Of a stretch of 64,000 nucleotides of DNA, positions 43,180-60,360 are shown piece by piece. The DNA comes from the human T2T-CHM13v2.0 reference genome, Homo sapiens. The notes beneath the pieces were generated by a model that saw nothing but the letters and a program-made list of their open reading frames with translations, had not been told where the DNA came from and searched no databases. The first letter of the stretch is position 1. The number at the start of each line of letters is the position of its first letter. The position numbers were made by a program, and so were the translations under genes. The stretch lies in the NCBI RefSeq assembly GCF_009914755.1, contig NC_060934.1, one strand, 5' to 3'.

Positions 43180-43545
43180 TAGTAAATAGAGTAATGCTAG
43201 CTCCAATAGGGCATAAATCCCAAAATGACCGTGCTCAACACTATAGAAAGTTATTGATCGATCCTGTTAGAGTGGTGAGTGTTTGAAGACAGAGCAGGGC
43301 TGCTCTTCTTCATGCAGTGGCTGATGCCATCTTACAACACATCTTAAAAAGTTAAAAATCCATTCCTAGTTCCTAAAGGGAAACAGACAATGGAGAAAAA
43401 TTATGTGAGAAATTATTATGGGTCAAGTTTGGAAGAGTTGCACTTTATTTCACTCATACTTAACTGCAAAAAAGTGGGCAGTATAGTCCCTCTCTATGGA
43501 CAGGGGAGTACAAACACATGGAGGATGGATAGTTGTCTCTGCCAC
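43180..43545 (-). mobile_element. MLT1I/J-like LTR relic inside a MIR
   Basis: 'aatgctagct...aatcccaaaat...ctcaacactatagaaagttatt' and end 'tagttgtctctgccaca'. Confidence 0.5.
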
Positions 43546-44254
43546 AACAAGCAATGCTGTGAGAGTTGAAACTCCACCATACCTGCTTCCTGGAGGCTTT
43601 CAGCAAGTGGTGGCTACTCTTGCTTTGCTGCTATTGCAATGGTGTTATTGTCATTATTAGGCCTTAAAGTGCCGTGAATGACTCAGTCTTTCTAACAGGA
43701 AAATTGAAATTAAATTCGATAGCCAGTGGCCTGGAATTTGAGGTTCTCTAAGAGTGGAAAGGGTAAAGTATTGGACATGACATCCTTATTTATCTGAGGA
43801 CCACACTTGTCAAAATAAAGTCCTATGTTTTTTCCCACATTATAAAGTTGTCTTTATTGTCTACCATCATCTTTCCCAGCTCTTATGTGTTATAATTTTA
43901 ATTGCCTATGCAGTTTAGAGTTCAAGATAAAAGCCAGAATGTGAAAATGATCTTTATGTCACTAATATACTGGTAAATCACACTTCTTTTGTTCATAAAA
44001 CTTTTTTCTATTAAAAATGATTTCAACTGAAAGCAGTGAAATTGGGAAAATCCTAATTTTTCTTTGGAAAATGTCTTTGCACATCATTTCATAATGTATT
44101 TCCTCATAGCGTGGTGAGTTGGGTGCAAAGGGAGTGCGTTTAAGGCTGGTAAGTCAAGTTTGAAAGTGCTATAAATGCATTGACATGATACAAATATGTT
44201 TATTTCTAAATTAAATTCAGTTTAAGAATATAATTTAATTTTATAGGTTCCTGT

Positions 44255-44582
44255 GAATTTCACTTAACGAGCACATATCAATAAGCTGCTGTGGCAGGAG
44301 CTGATGAGACAAGAAAAAGGTACATTCCCTGTATATACAATCTTAGAGAAGTAAACTTTCAAAAACAACCAGAGTGACAAATGGCCCCCAAAAAAGAGAC
44401 CTGTGACACTGTAGGCAAGACGTTACTCTATCTTGGGTTGACTGGGATATATCAGGAAAGGCTTCTTGTTGCTAAAGAAAAGGCAAGTAAAAGTGGCCCA
44501 GAAAGGAAAGAAAGAATATTTTAATCAGAGGAAGCAGCATATAACAAAGGTATTACGGGAAGAAGAAAAAAGCCTAAAGCAA
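44255..44582 (-). mobile_element. L2 relic, left part (target of the L1PA insertion; continues 50341-51170)
   Basis: 'atcaggaaaggcttc', 'cagaggaagcagcatataacaaagg' are L2 motifs. Confidence 0.6.
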
Positions 44583-44600
44583 AGAAGATGAAATTTTCTT

Positions 44601-50320
<5,720 letters not shown>

Positions 50321-50340
50321 TTAGAAGATGAAATTTTCTT

Positions 50341-51170
50341 ATGGCCTATCATTTAGGGCCTCCATGGTAAGGGGTAGGGGCAGTGACAAGCAGGGATGCT
50401 GCAGAAATGTTATGGACCAGATTGTGAAGGGGCTTCTTAATTTGGAAACTAAACTTGGGCTTTCTCCTGAGGGAAGGGGGTAGCTTCAAAAGCAGTGATT
50501 CTCTGCTCATTAGAGTCACCTGTGAAACTTTATAAGCACTCTCTATCCCTGAGCCCATCTCAGACTAATGAAATCAGCATTTTTCATAGTGGTGCTGGGG
50601 TATTAATATGTTTAACAATCTCCCCAGATAATTTCTAATGTATGGCTAGTTGCAAACTATTCTTCTAAATGTTAGTAAGCAGAGTGTAAAGTGATGCAAT
50701 GCCAACACTTTGAACTGGAGGCTCATAAAAACTGAGGCAATGTGAAGATGCAAACCTGACATGCTTTGACGTTGGAGGACAAAGAGAGTAAAACAGGTAG
50801 GATGTTCCTTAAGTTTCCAGTTTTTTGAGCTTGGAATAGATGTTGGTTAAGTTCAACAGAGTAGAAAATATGACAGGAATATGGCTTAATGAGGAAGACA
50901 GAATTTTGTCCCATTGAGCCTGAAATTCTGTGAGACACATCTAGAAGGCTCTTAGCTATACATGTCTGAAGCTCAAGAAACATTTTGGTTATATATATAT
51001 ATAGAGAGAGAGATGTAGAGTCACCAGCATATAATGAGAACTGAAGTCTCAGGAGTAAGCAACAATGCTTACAGAATTTGTGGTGTGAGAATTGGGATAA
51101 TTACTGAGTCCTGAAAATCATCAACATTTAAGAACCAGGGAGAGGAGTTCACGAAGGAAAGCAAACAACT
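50341..51170 (-). mobile_element. L2 relic, right part, with an internal MER5B-like element (~50493-50660)
   Basis: 'gagtcaccagcatataatgagaactgaagtc', 'atcaacatttaagaacc' for L2; 'cagtgattctc...ttagagtcacctgtgaaac' for MER5B-like. Confidence 0.6.
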
Positions 51171-51460
51171 GGAGACAAAAGGCATTCACTGTCTGTTTAA
51201 ATGCTGGGAATCTATAGTTTGTTCCATGGGAGACCTTTTAAATAATACAGAAGTTTTAAACAGCAAAATTTACTTGACACTGCAAATTTTAAAAACTAGT
51301 TTATATCCTTTTACTAAATATTTCCCAATGGAAACAGCGTTCACATTTCACAAGTTTCACTTGATTACTTTCAGATTTTGTATGAGTATAAAGTGCATTA
51401 GTTTTACAAATTATACAAAAAAAAACTACCCAGGGTACCCATCTTGCTGATTAAACTTTT

Positions 51461-51570
51461 TTGAATTTTTATTTATTTATGTTTATAATATCAACTTTTA
51501 TTTTAGATTTGGGGGGTACATGTGCAGGTTTGTTACATGGGTATGTTGTGTGATTGATGTTGAGGTTTGG
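51461..51570 (-). mobile_element. Very short older L1 3' stub (L1PA13-16/L1PB-like)
   Basis: 'caacttttattttagatttggggggtacatgtgcaggtttgttacatggg'; TSD gctga(t/c)taaactttt (51446-51460, 51571-51585). Confidence 0.85.
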
Positions 51571-52894
51571 GCTGACTAAACTTTTAAACCCAAGAATTTC
51601 TCCCTTTATTTGCTTTATGGCTGAATTATGAGGACAGATGCACCTTCTCTCTTAGCAAAGAGAAAAACCAAAATCTTTTTACTTACACATGACCCATATT
51701 ATAAACAGCTTCTCATGCCCTGTTCAACATTTCTATATCTCTGTCCCCCAAAAGCAAACAAAAAGTTCCAATTGCCAGAACCATTGCTACTGCCACTTTA
51801 GGAGATGTTATTAAGAAACAAGGAAAATCGTGGAGAAGCATAGAAACTATAAGGAAAAAAAAACAAAAACAAAAACTAACCTTAGGGAGATAGATTCCTA
51901 GGCAAGGCTTACCTGCTGTGAGATGAAAAAAAGCCTACTAGTTACTTGGAAATGTTTTTCCCAATAAGGAAAAAAATCCCTTCTCTTGTGTTACATTGCC
52001 TGCAATTCTAGATAACTACTTTAGCTAGTTATCTAGAATAGATAACTAGATAATTACTTTAGCTGAGCAGGCATACTATTTGAAAGCAGTAAAACATGTG
52101 TCCTAGAGCTATTGGGCCATTATATTTTTTTGTGCTTTTAATCAATTTCACTGAGATCAATGGCAGTAAGGCAGTGAGTATGTGTGTGAGTAAATTAAAG
52201 ATTGCTAGTTTGAGACTATTGAGCCTTTAGGGTGGTGGGACAAGACTGGAGGGGGTACCTCAGTTGAAGAGGTAGTGGAGAAGACACTGAGAGTATCTTA
52301 CACTGAAGTACACTGGGAATCATGAAAGATCTTGATGGTGTCCACAAATAAAGAAAAAATTATGCAAAGAATAAACCAGCTACTTTAAAATTGTGTTATA
52401 GCTAAGTGAAATCAAAGAGTTGATAAAACTGATTTACCACACTCTGTTATGAACCACTCTTGCACCATCCACTCGAGACCCCAACTCCAGGCTAAAACCC
52501 AATTTTATCAGTAAATATTTATGCTATAAATGTGAATCTAACTGATTTTAAGTAGTCAATAAAGAAGTGAATTCTTGCTTCTAATCAACCAATTTACAAA
52601 CATAGTTTAGAATGTAGTTTATCTGTAAACAGAACTGTCTGCTATACATATATAAAAATACTGAGACATGAAGAAAGAGATTTGACTGTGATGCTGGACT
52701 ATAATATGAAGAATTTGGAAATAAAATATTTATAAAGTTTCTATTCCAGGTAGCAAGAAACAAGGAGAATTTTTCAAATTGCTCACATTAAATCAAGGGC
52801 TACAAAATAAAATCCGGTGAAAAGTATATGAAATAACATTATTTTTTGTAAAGCAAGAAAAGCCTTAAAAGAAAAAAGACATATTTGTGGCTCA

Positions 52895-53085
52895 TAAAGG
52901 GAACTAGTATTTATTGCATATCTACAGGGATGAGTCCTCCAACAGCCACATTGTAAAGACATTATTATTAGCCCCACTTTACGTACTAGGAAGCTGAGGC
53001 TCAGAATGGTTACATAACTAGCCCAAGGACACAAAACTAGTACTTGACATGGCCCAAGCTAAAACTCAGGGCCGATTTTCCTCTA
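52895..53085 (-). mobile_element. MIR
   Basis: 'attattattagccccactttac...gaagctgaggctcagaatggttacataactagcccaagg'. Confidence 0.75.
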
Positions 53086-53499
53086 CGTTACACTGATTTG
53101 CAAATTATTAAAATAGGTTTGTTCTGTTTTGCAAATGTATTTCAAGAAAATTCTTTCTAATACATGTATTGTCAATGCTTTATATTTTTTGTTATTAAAG
53201 GATATGTTTGAAGACACTTCCTGCAAATAAAAAAGTCTATAGTGCTTATGCATTTTTAAAGGTGTTTTGTAAAGGTTATTACTGTTAGCTTGGAAGCAAA
53301 AATACAAATCAATATCTTACTTCTATCCCAACAATTTCCTTACTTAAACTGCAGGCTTACTAGGTTTTCTGTCCACAGAGTTCATGCTGCAGGGCCATGT
53401 TTATATATATATTTTTTGTAACCATGCAGTTGAATATCTGAGATAGATAAAATAATGCCTTATATTGTGTTCTGGGTGTGGCTCCAGTGTTGTGGGTAC

Positions 53500-53820
53500 T
53501 TTTTTTTTTTTTTTTTTTTTTTAAGCTATTCTTTTTTTTTTTATTATACTTTAAGTTTTAGGGTACATGTGCACATTGTGCAGGTTAGTTACATATGTAT
53601 ACATGTGCCATGCTGGTGCGCTGCACCCACTAACTCGTCATCTAGCATTAGGTATATCTCCCAATGCTACCCCTCCCCCCTCCCCCCACCCCACCACAGT
53701 CCCCAGAGTGTATATTCCCCTTCCTGTGACCATGTGATCTCATTGTTCAATTCCCACCTATGAGTGAGAATATGCGGTGTTTGGTTTTTTGTTCTTGCGA
53801 TAGTTTACTGAGAATGATGG
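53500..53820 (-). mobile_element. L1PA2-type 3' stub
   Basis: Sense reads gatgacGAGttagtggg, cctgcacAAtgtg, cttaAagtataat: L1PA2 diagnostics, not the L1HS-Ta ACA/G. Confidence 0.9.
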
Positions 53821-54572
53821 TTTTTTTTAAAAGTCTTATTTTGTTAGACATTTCCTAAGTTTTCATTGCACTGAACAATGGGTTTCTAGTTGAAGGATGT
53901 ATTCTTTCAATAAATGTTTTCCCTATACTATAAAACATTATTGTTTTTTAGCACAAGAAGCAGTAGAATTCATATAGTATGTTTACTTAGGTTCACAACT
54001 TTTTTCTGTTTCTCTTCTTTTTAGTGAAAAATGAAGCTAAAAATTGGCTCAGCCCTCATTAATACAAATTTTATGACTTTGGCTTCAATATTTTATTCAG
54101 GACCTTTGCACAGGTGCTTTATCTCTAAGAAGATATCGCCCACAGGCAAAAGCAACATGATCTGTTAAAACAGTATATTTTCCTTTAGACAAGAGAGGGT
54201 AATGTGTAGGTTGTAGGAGACGACTTGATTCTGTCCTGCAATGAGTGAGACCAATAAGCTCTAGGAACTGAGATTCTGAGAAGGGAAGACTAGGACAAAA
54301 TTGTAGGAGACTAAGGGGACAAATGAGAGGATGGGGAGTGTATTGGTTTACATGTTAGAAAAGTTACCACTAGCAGTACAAATAGTGGGAGATGAAAGGG
54401 CTGAGGCAAAGTGATATGCACAGAGGTGAAGAGTTCTGAAGCCGTCCCCCGCTTATGAAACTGACAGTAACTGTTCATGAAACAGGCACAGCAAATGAAG
54501 CAGGTGCAGCCGTAATTCTAGGAGGAACCTAAGGACCCAGACCCACTGGAAATGAGTTAATGGGGCTTGTGA

Positions 54573-54995
<423 letters not shown>

Positions 54996-55194
54996 TGACT
55001 TCCCATCACAACATCCCTGACTATGAATCGTCCCTTTTTCTTTTCCATTTTATACCTTTTCCCTTCTTATAACATTTATTTCTTGCACCACTTTTTGTTT
55101 TTGTTCCTTTAGAAAATATTATATATTCTAACTTGAATTTCCTCTCTTTATTGCTTTTCCTCTCTTAGCTGTATGTTCACTCTTTGACTTATTT

Positions 55195-55436
55195 TATAAT
55201 TTAATTTAACTTAAATTTTTAACTGACATATACAGTTATTATAATTGTACTTATTTATGAGGTAAATGATCAGATAACTGTAGTTAGTATATTCATCATT
55301 TCAAACATTTGTCATTTCTTTGTCCTGGGAACATTCAACATCCCCCTTTAGCTATTTGAAACTACATAATATATTATTGTTGACTATAATCCTACAGTGG
55401 TATAGAACACTAGAACTTATTCCTCCTATCTAGCTG
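55195..55436 (-). mobile_element. L1MA 3' fragment
   Basis: 'aacatttgtcatttctttgtcctgggaacattcaa...agaacactagaacttattcctcctatctagctg'. Confidence 0.8.
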
Positions 55437-55497
55437 AGAGCTAAGAATGTGGTTCAGTTCAGTAAGATACAGAGAGAGATTGTTCAAAGCCATAGTG

Positions 55498-55810
55498 TTT
55501 TCTTTTGTTTGTATTGTTTTGTCTTGTTGAGACAGGGTCTCACTCTGTCGCCCAGGCTGGAGTTCAGTGGCATAATCATGACTCACTGGAGCCTTGACTT
55601 TTCGGGTTTAAAGTGATCCTCCCACCTCAGCCTCCCAAGTAGCTGTGTCTACAGGCATATGCCACCACGCTTTGCTAACTTTAATATTTTTTGTAGAGAT
55701 GGGATTTTTTCTGTTGCCCAGGCTGGTTTTGAACTCCTTGTCTCAAGTGGTCTTCCTACCTTGGACTCCCAAAGTGCTGGTATTACACGTATAAGCCACT
55801 GCGCCTGGCC
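55498..55810 (-). mobile_element. AluJ
   Basis: 'gagacagggtctcactctg', 'gatcctcccacctcagcc', 'ttttgtagagatggg'. Confidence 0.92.
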
Positions 55811-55854
55811 CTATTTACATAGCCTTACACAATCTTTACAAGGTCTGGATTCCA

Positions 55855-56370
55855 CCATTTATTCATTTGTTCATTCATTTGCTCAGGTTTGTAGAGTATT
55901 TACTGAGGGCCAGGTGGTATATAGACACTCACTATCATGGCCCTCAGCCTGAGGTCCTTGATTTGGCTTCAGAGAATATGGGAATTCACTGAAATAATTT
56001 GAGAAGATACCTGTGTGTAGTAGGATTTTTGGCTCTCAATAATTTCTTCCCATCATGTTGGTTAAGTGTCCACTGCTTCAACTCACATTAGGATCATGTC
56101 CTGGGGACAGAGCTACGGGCAGTTCAGATGAAGGTCCTGTTCACATGGAGCGTAAATTCTAGTAGAGTGAAGAGAGGAAATGATATTATTAAGGTTAAAA
56201 AGGAAACAAACCAACAATAAACAAGATAATTTCAGATTTTAATAAATCTATAAAGGGAATGTCCTGGATAGGACTGCCTTAGAGAAGGTGGTCAGGGAAA
56301 GGTTTTCTGGGAAGACCTTTAAGACAAGATTTAAATGGGGAGAAGGGGGTGATTTTGTAGGTCTGGGCCA
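55855..56370 (-). mobile_element. L2 relic
   Basis: 'cattcatt...tatttactgag', 'aaggtggtcagggaaaggttttctgggaag'. Confidence 0.55.
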
Positions 56371-56747
56371 GGCTGAGATACATATATATCTAAACAGTTA
56401 TCCTCCACAGTTATTAAACTAAGAGATTTTATTATACATTTTCTCATTTATTTGCCTTTTATTTTTGCAATTATTGTTAAGAGCTTTAAAAAATTATATT
56501 GTCACTTTTTAAGATTTGTTCTTTACTCCTACAGCATAAGATAATTGGGCCAGATGATGTCTATAATACCAGGCTTTTATAAAAGAAATGCAGTATGCCA
56601 TAAGATAGAGTTCTGGATCCTATGTATTTTGTACCCACAGATAATTAAAATAGCATGTGTTGATTTGTTATTCTTCATCTGTTCTTTTTTATTTCAATCA
56701 TAATTTAACTGTTCCAATTACACTGCTAGAGGATTTTTTTCTTCCTA

Positions 56748-56859
56748 TTTTTTTATTTTTTAAATTTTTTAATTTTTATTTTTTTATTATTATACTTTAA
56801 GTTTTAGGGTACATGTGCACAATGTGCAGGTTAGTTACATATGTATACATGTGCCATGC
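56748..56859 (-). mobile_element. Ultra-short L1PA3-like 3' stub
   Basis: 'ttattatactttaagttttagggtacatgtgcacaatgtgcaggttagttacatatgtatacatgtgccatgc' plus an AT-rich tail. Confidence 0.88.
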
Positions 56860-58304
56860 CGATGAGTGTGCTTTTCGGGAGTCACATGGAGAGGCTAAAA
56901 TGCTACTTTTTTGTGGGGATTTTAAACTTCTATTGTTATGCACTGAAAGAGAGTATAAATGTGTTACTGAACAATGTATTTGCAAATATTAGGTGCTGCA
57001 GTAAAATGTAAAGAAATTTCCAAGGCCTGATTTTATGCATTTAGATTAATTATTGATGTTTCTCCTAATTCTGCTACTTGAAAATGGGTGTGAAGAACAA
57101 ACTTGTTTTCAATGCAGTTTTAAAGGGACTGAGTCTTTGGTAGCTTTATGGACCCACAGTCATCAAATTTCTCATCATTTGAGGTTGTTAATCATTATGA
57201 TAGTTCAAGGAGATTCTGAGTGAATAAGAAATGAAATTCTATTATTATCTTATCTTTGACTGTGAAGATATTTGACCACAAAATATTTAACTGCTTATAC
57301 ATCTCAACATACTCCATTGACTAGAATAATAATGAGTTTAATAAGCTGAAAAGATTACAAAAATGAATAATACTACTTAGCAGCAGTACTTTCTGAAAGA
57401 AGGAATGACAGAGGGGAGCAAAGAGGTATGTGTAGTTATTCTGTACATCTTGTATGTGGTTGTGTGGTTTAAATGCCTTTAGTTTTATTTAGAAGTAGAT
57501 TTTTTTACTTCAGCACTAATTTCTGGGGTGTTTCTATATTCATGTGTTGCATGCATGATTATGTATGATATGTAAAATTATATATTAATTAATAAAGGGC
57601 TTAGTGCATAAAATAGATTTGCATGTTTAATTAGACTCTTATTATCTAGAATGGAAAGGCTAGGAAAATGACAATCAGGGAATATCATAAATGTGAACAA
57701 GAAAGTTCCACTAGATAACTAACTTTAAAAACATAATAAAAAGAAACATGTAGTACACTTGCACAGTCCAAAACAACCCATGAATGTGTCCTAACAAGTC
57801 CATGAGCAAGTCCAGGCAGCCAACTTTGCCACCATGTTGCTCCTTCTGGTTGTTCATCAACATTAATGGGCATCAGTGGTTTTTTGCTTAGGACCGCCTC
57901 TCTTACTGGGCACCACTGTCTGTTACCATGAATACTGGGAGCCATCACCTCTGGGTAGCATTGCTATTGCTTCTCCTAAGGCTACTATTGCTACTAGTAC
58001 TGTCATTTGCTGTGACATTATCCAGTCACTGCTGATGCTTCCCAGTGAAGCTTGACAACAGTGGACTAGAGCCTCCAAGTGCTATAACTTCCAACGGTCT
58101 GTGGCTGAATAGAAGCTACCACTTCTCTTCCCTGAGTGCACTTTAATACCTTTAAGGAGTATCTCTGTCCAAATTAAGAGATTGTACTAGATGTATCATT
58201 TTTAACCCTGTAGGCAGCAGAGTCACCTAGGATACTTGGGAAACACAGTTTCTTGACTCTACCTAAGACTTTCTGAGTACTAATCTCTGGTGGTAGATTC
58301 CATG

Positions 58305-58378
58305 AGAGAGAGAGAGAGAGAGAGTTTGTGGGGTGTGTGTCTGGGTGGTGGATGGGTGGGTGTGGGTGGTTAGGTGGG
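58305..58378 (+). repeat. (GA)n followed by GT-rich low-complexity tract
   Basis: gagagagagagagagagaga then gggtgtgtgtctgggtggtggatgggtgggtgtgggtggttaggtggg. Confidence 0.85.
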
Positions 58379-58764
58379 TTTTTGTGTGTGTAATATTTGT
58401 AACCAGATACTCCAAGAAACATTCACACAGACAACCCAACATTGTTCTCAGACCAAATTTGAGAAACACAAGTCTAGATGGCCTTAAGGGTGCTTTAACT
58501 TCGAGACTGCATTTCACTCTGCAGCTTTAAAGTGAAGTTGTGGTAGTCTCATTCACCTTTGAATTTATATGATGTCCATGCCTCCTTTTTGGATGGTATT
58601 CTCTTTTGCAGGTTCAGTTTTTGACTTAGACACCTTTGAAACTACTTGAATTAGGGATTATTCTTTGATAATTTGCTGTCATCAAGTGAATTGAGATAAA
58701 TATACATTCAGAGCATCATTATCAACTTTGAGGAAATGTAGGCACTTGTGTGTTCATGTTGGAC

Positions 58765-58893
58765 ACAGGAGGCTGAGATGAGAGGATCATTTGAACCCAG
58801 GAGTTCAAGGCTAAAGCGAACTATGATTGTGCTACTGCACTGCAGCCTGGAACACAGAGCGAGATGCTGTCTCAAAAAACAAACAAAAAAAAA
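58765..58893 (+). mobile_element. 5'-truncated AluJ/FRAM right monomer
   Basis: 'aggaggctgagatgagaggatcatttgaacccaggagttcaaggct...gtctcaaaaaac'. Confidence 0.85.
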
Positions 58894-59832
58894 GACGAGT
58901 AACAAAGAATTATACAAAATTTGTTTATAATATTTGATACCATTAAATTTACAGGTGCATCTGCATAAATGCTGCATTTTGTGCTCAGATAACCAAGGAC
59001 ATGGCAAAAGCTAATCAGCCTAGGAGGCAGGAGGATTACTTGAGCCCAGGATTTCCAAAAATATATATCACTATGATATATCAATTTTTTATTCTATTTT
59101 TCTTTTAGAGACTATTTTTGTAATGGTCTGACTTCTTACATCACAATATGTAGAGATCCACTTAGCTCTCAAATCTATGATAGTGTGATTCGTTTAAATA
59201 ATTGTATGCTTCAGGATGTGATAGAATTGGAGTTTCTCTTATTCCTGAGTAAAGGAAAGAAAAATATTCATTTGAGTTAAAATAAATTAAGATTGTGTAA
59301 TCTATGTCTCCTTAGGCCACCCCACCCCGGTAAATGTGGGATTATGTGGGCAGTCTACCAAAGACATTTCCCTAGCCCGCATATCTACCTACCACCTGTG
59401 GACTTTCTGATCTTTTTGGAGTCTCTCTGACTTATTTTGGGGAGGGTATAGGGTGTGTTTCAACTGTGTGCTCCTGAACAAGTCCCTGTGTTCTCTTAGT
59501 CACTGCCAGACGAAGAAGTGAAGAGTAAAATTCCATATTTTTCCATTTACCTATTGCATTCTTGTTTTTATAGATTTTACTTCAATATATACTATAAGCT
59601 ATACTACATGTAGTTAATATTTTTACTTTAAACAGTCAATAGTCTTTGTATACGTAATAAAAATACAGTCTTCAGTGAAGTGAGCCTTTTCTGGTGTTTC
59701 TTTTACACTTATTTCTTCATAGAACACAGAAGACAACTGAGTAATAGTTATCAAAATGACTCTTCTCTTCCAAAAACTGAAGCATTGTTATGAAAGTTAA
59801 TGCCCCTGACCTTTTTGCAAGAGGGTTTCTTG

Positions 59833-60360
59833 GTCAGTTGGTATTCTGTTGGAGACAGATGAAAGAAAACCCAGCCTGTATTGACTGAAGCCAAAAGTTA
59901 ATTTAGTGGTTTTCCTACCTGTAGAATATGAGGACAAGCTGGCTTCAGACATAACTTAGTCTAGAGGCTTGACAGTTATCAAGAGGAAGTAGTTTCTCTG
60001 TCTCTGGGCCCCACTCGGATCTTCTTTTCTCATTTATCTCATTATGGTAACAAGATAACGGTAACTGTAGACATAACCAGAGTCTGCTGCTTAGGTCCAG
60101 TTGAAAAGAGACAGTGTCTCTCTTCAGCATCAAACCAAAGTTCTGGTCTGAGTCTCCTTGCTCAGATTCTATCATGTGCCCATAACTAAATCATTCACTG
60201 TAACCAATGAGAATGGCTACCTTGCAATCAATCACCGCTGAAGCCCTGAAAACTGACCCACCTAAGCCGCAAAACTTAAGAGGAATGGGTGCCCCCCTTA
60301 AAAGAAAGAGTGTTCTGTAAAAAGAGGTGAATGGATGTTAGCTAAAACAGATGGCCATTA
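59833..60360 (-). mobile_element. MLT1K/L-like LTR relic
   Basis: 'aagaaaacccagc...ctggcttcagacataactt...atcatgtgcccataactaaatcattcactgt'. Confidence 0.55.

Noticed and set aside
57826-57900. Perfect Kozak gccaccATG
   Set aside because: The ORF closes after 8 codons and there is no promoter context
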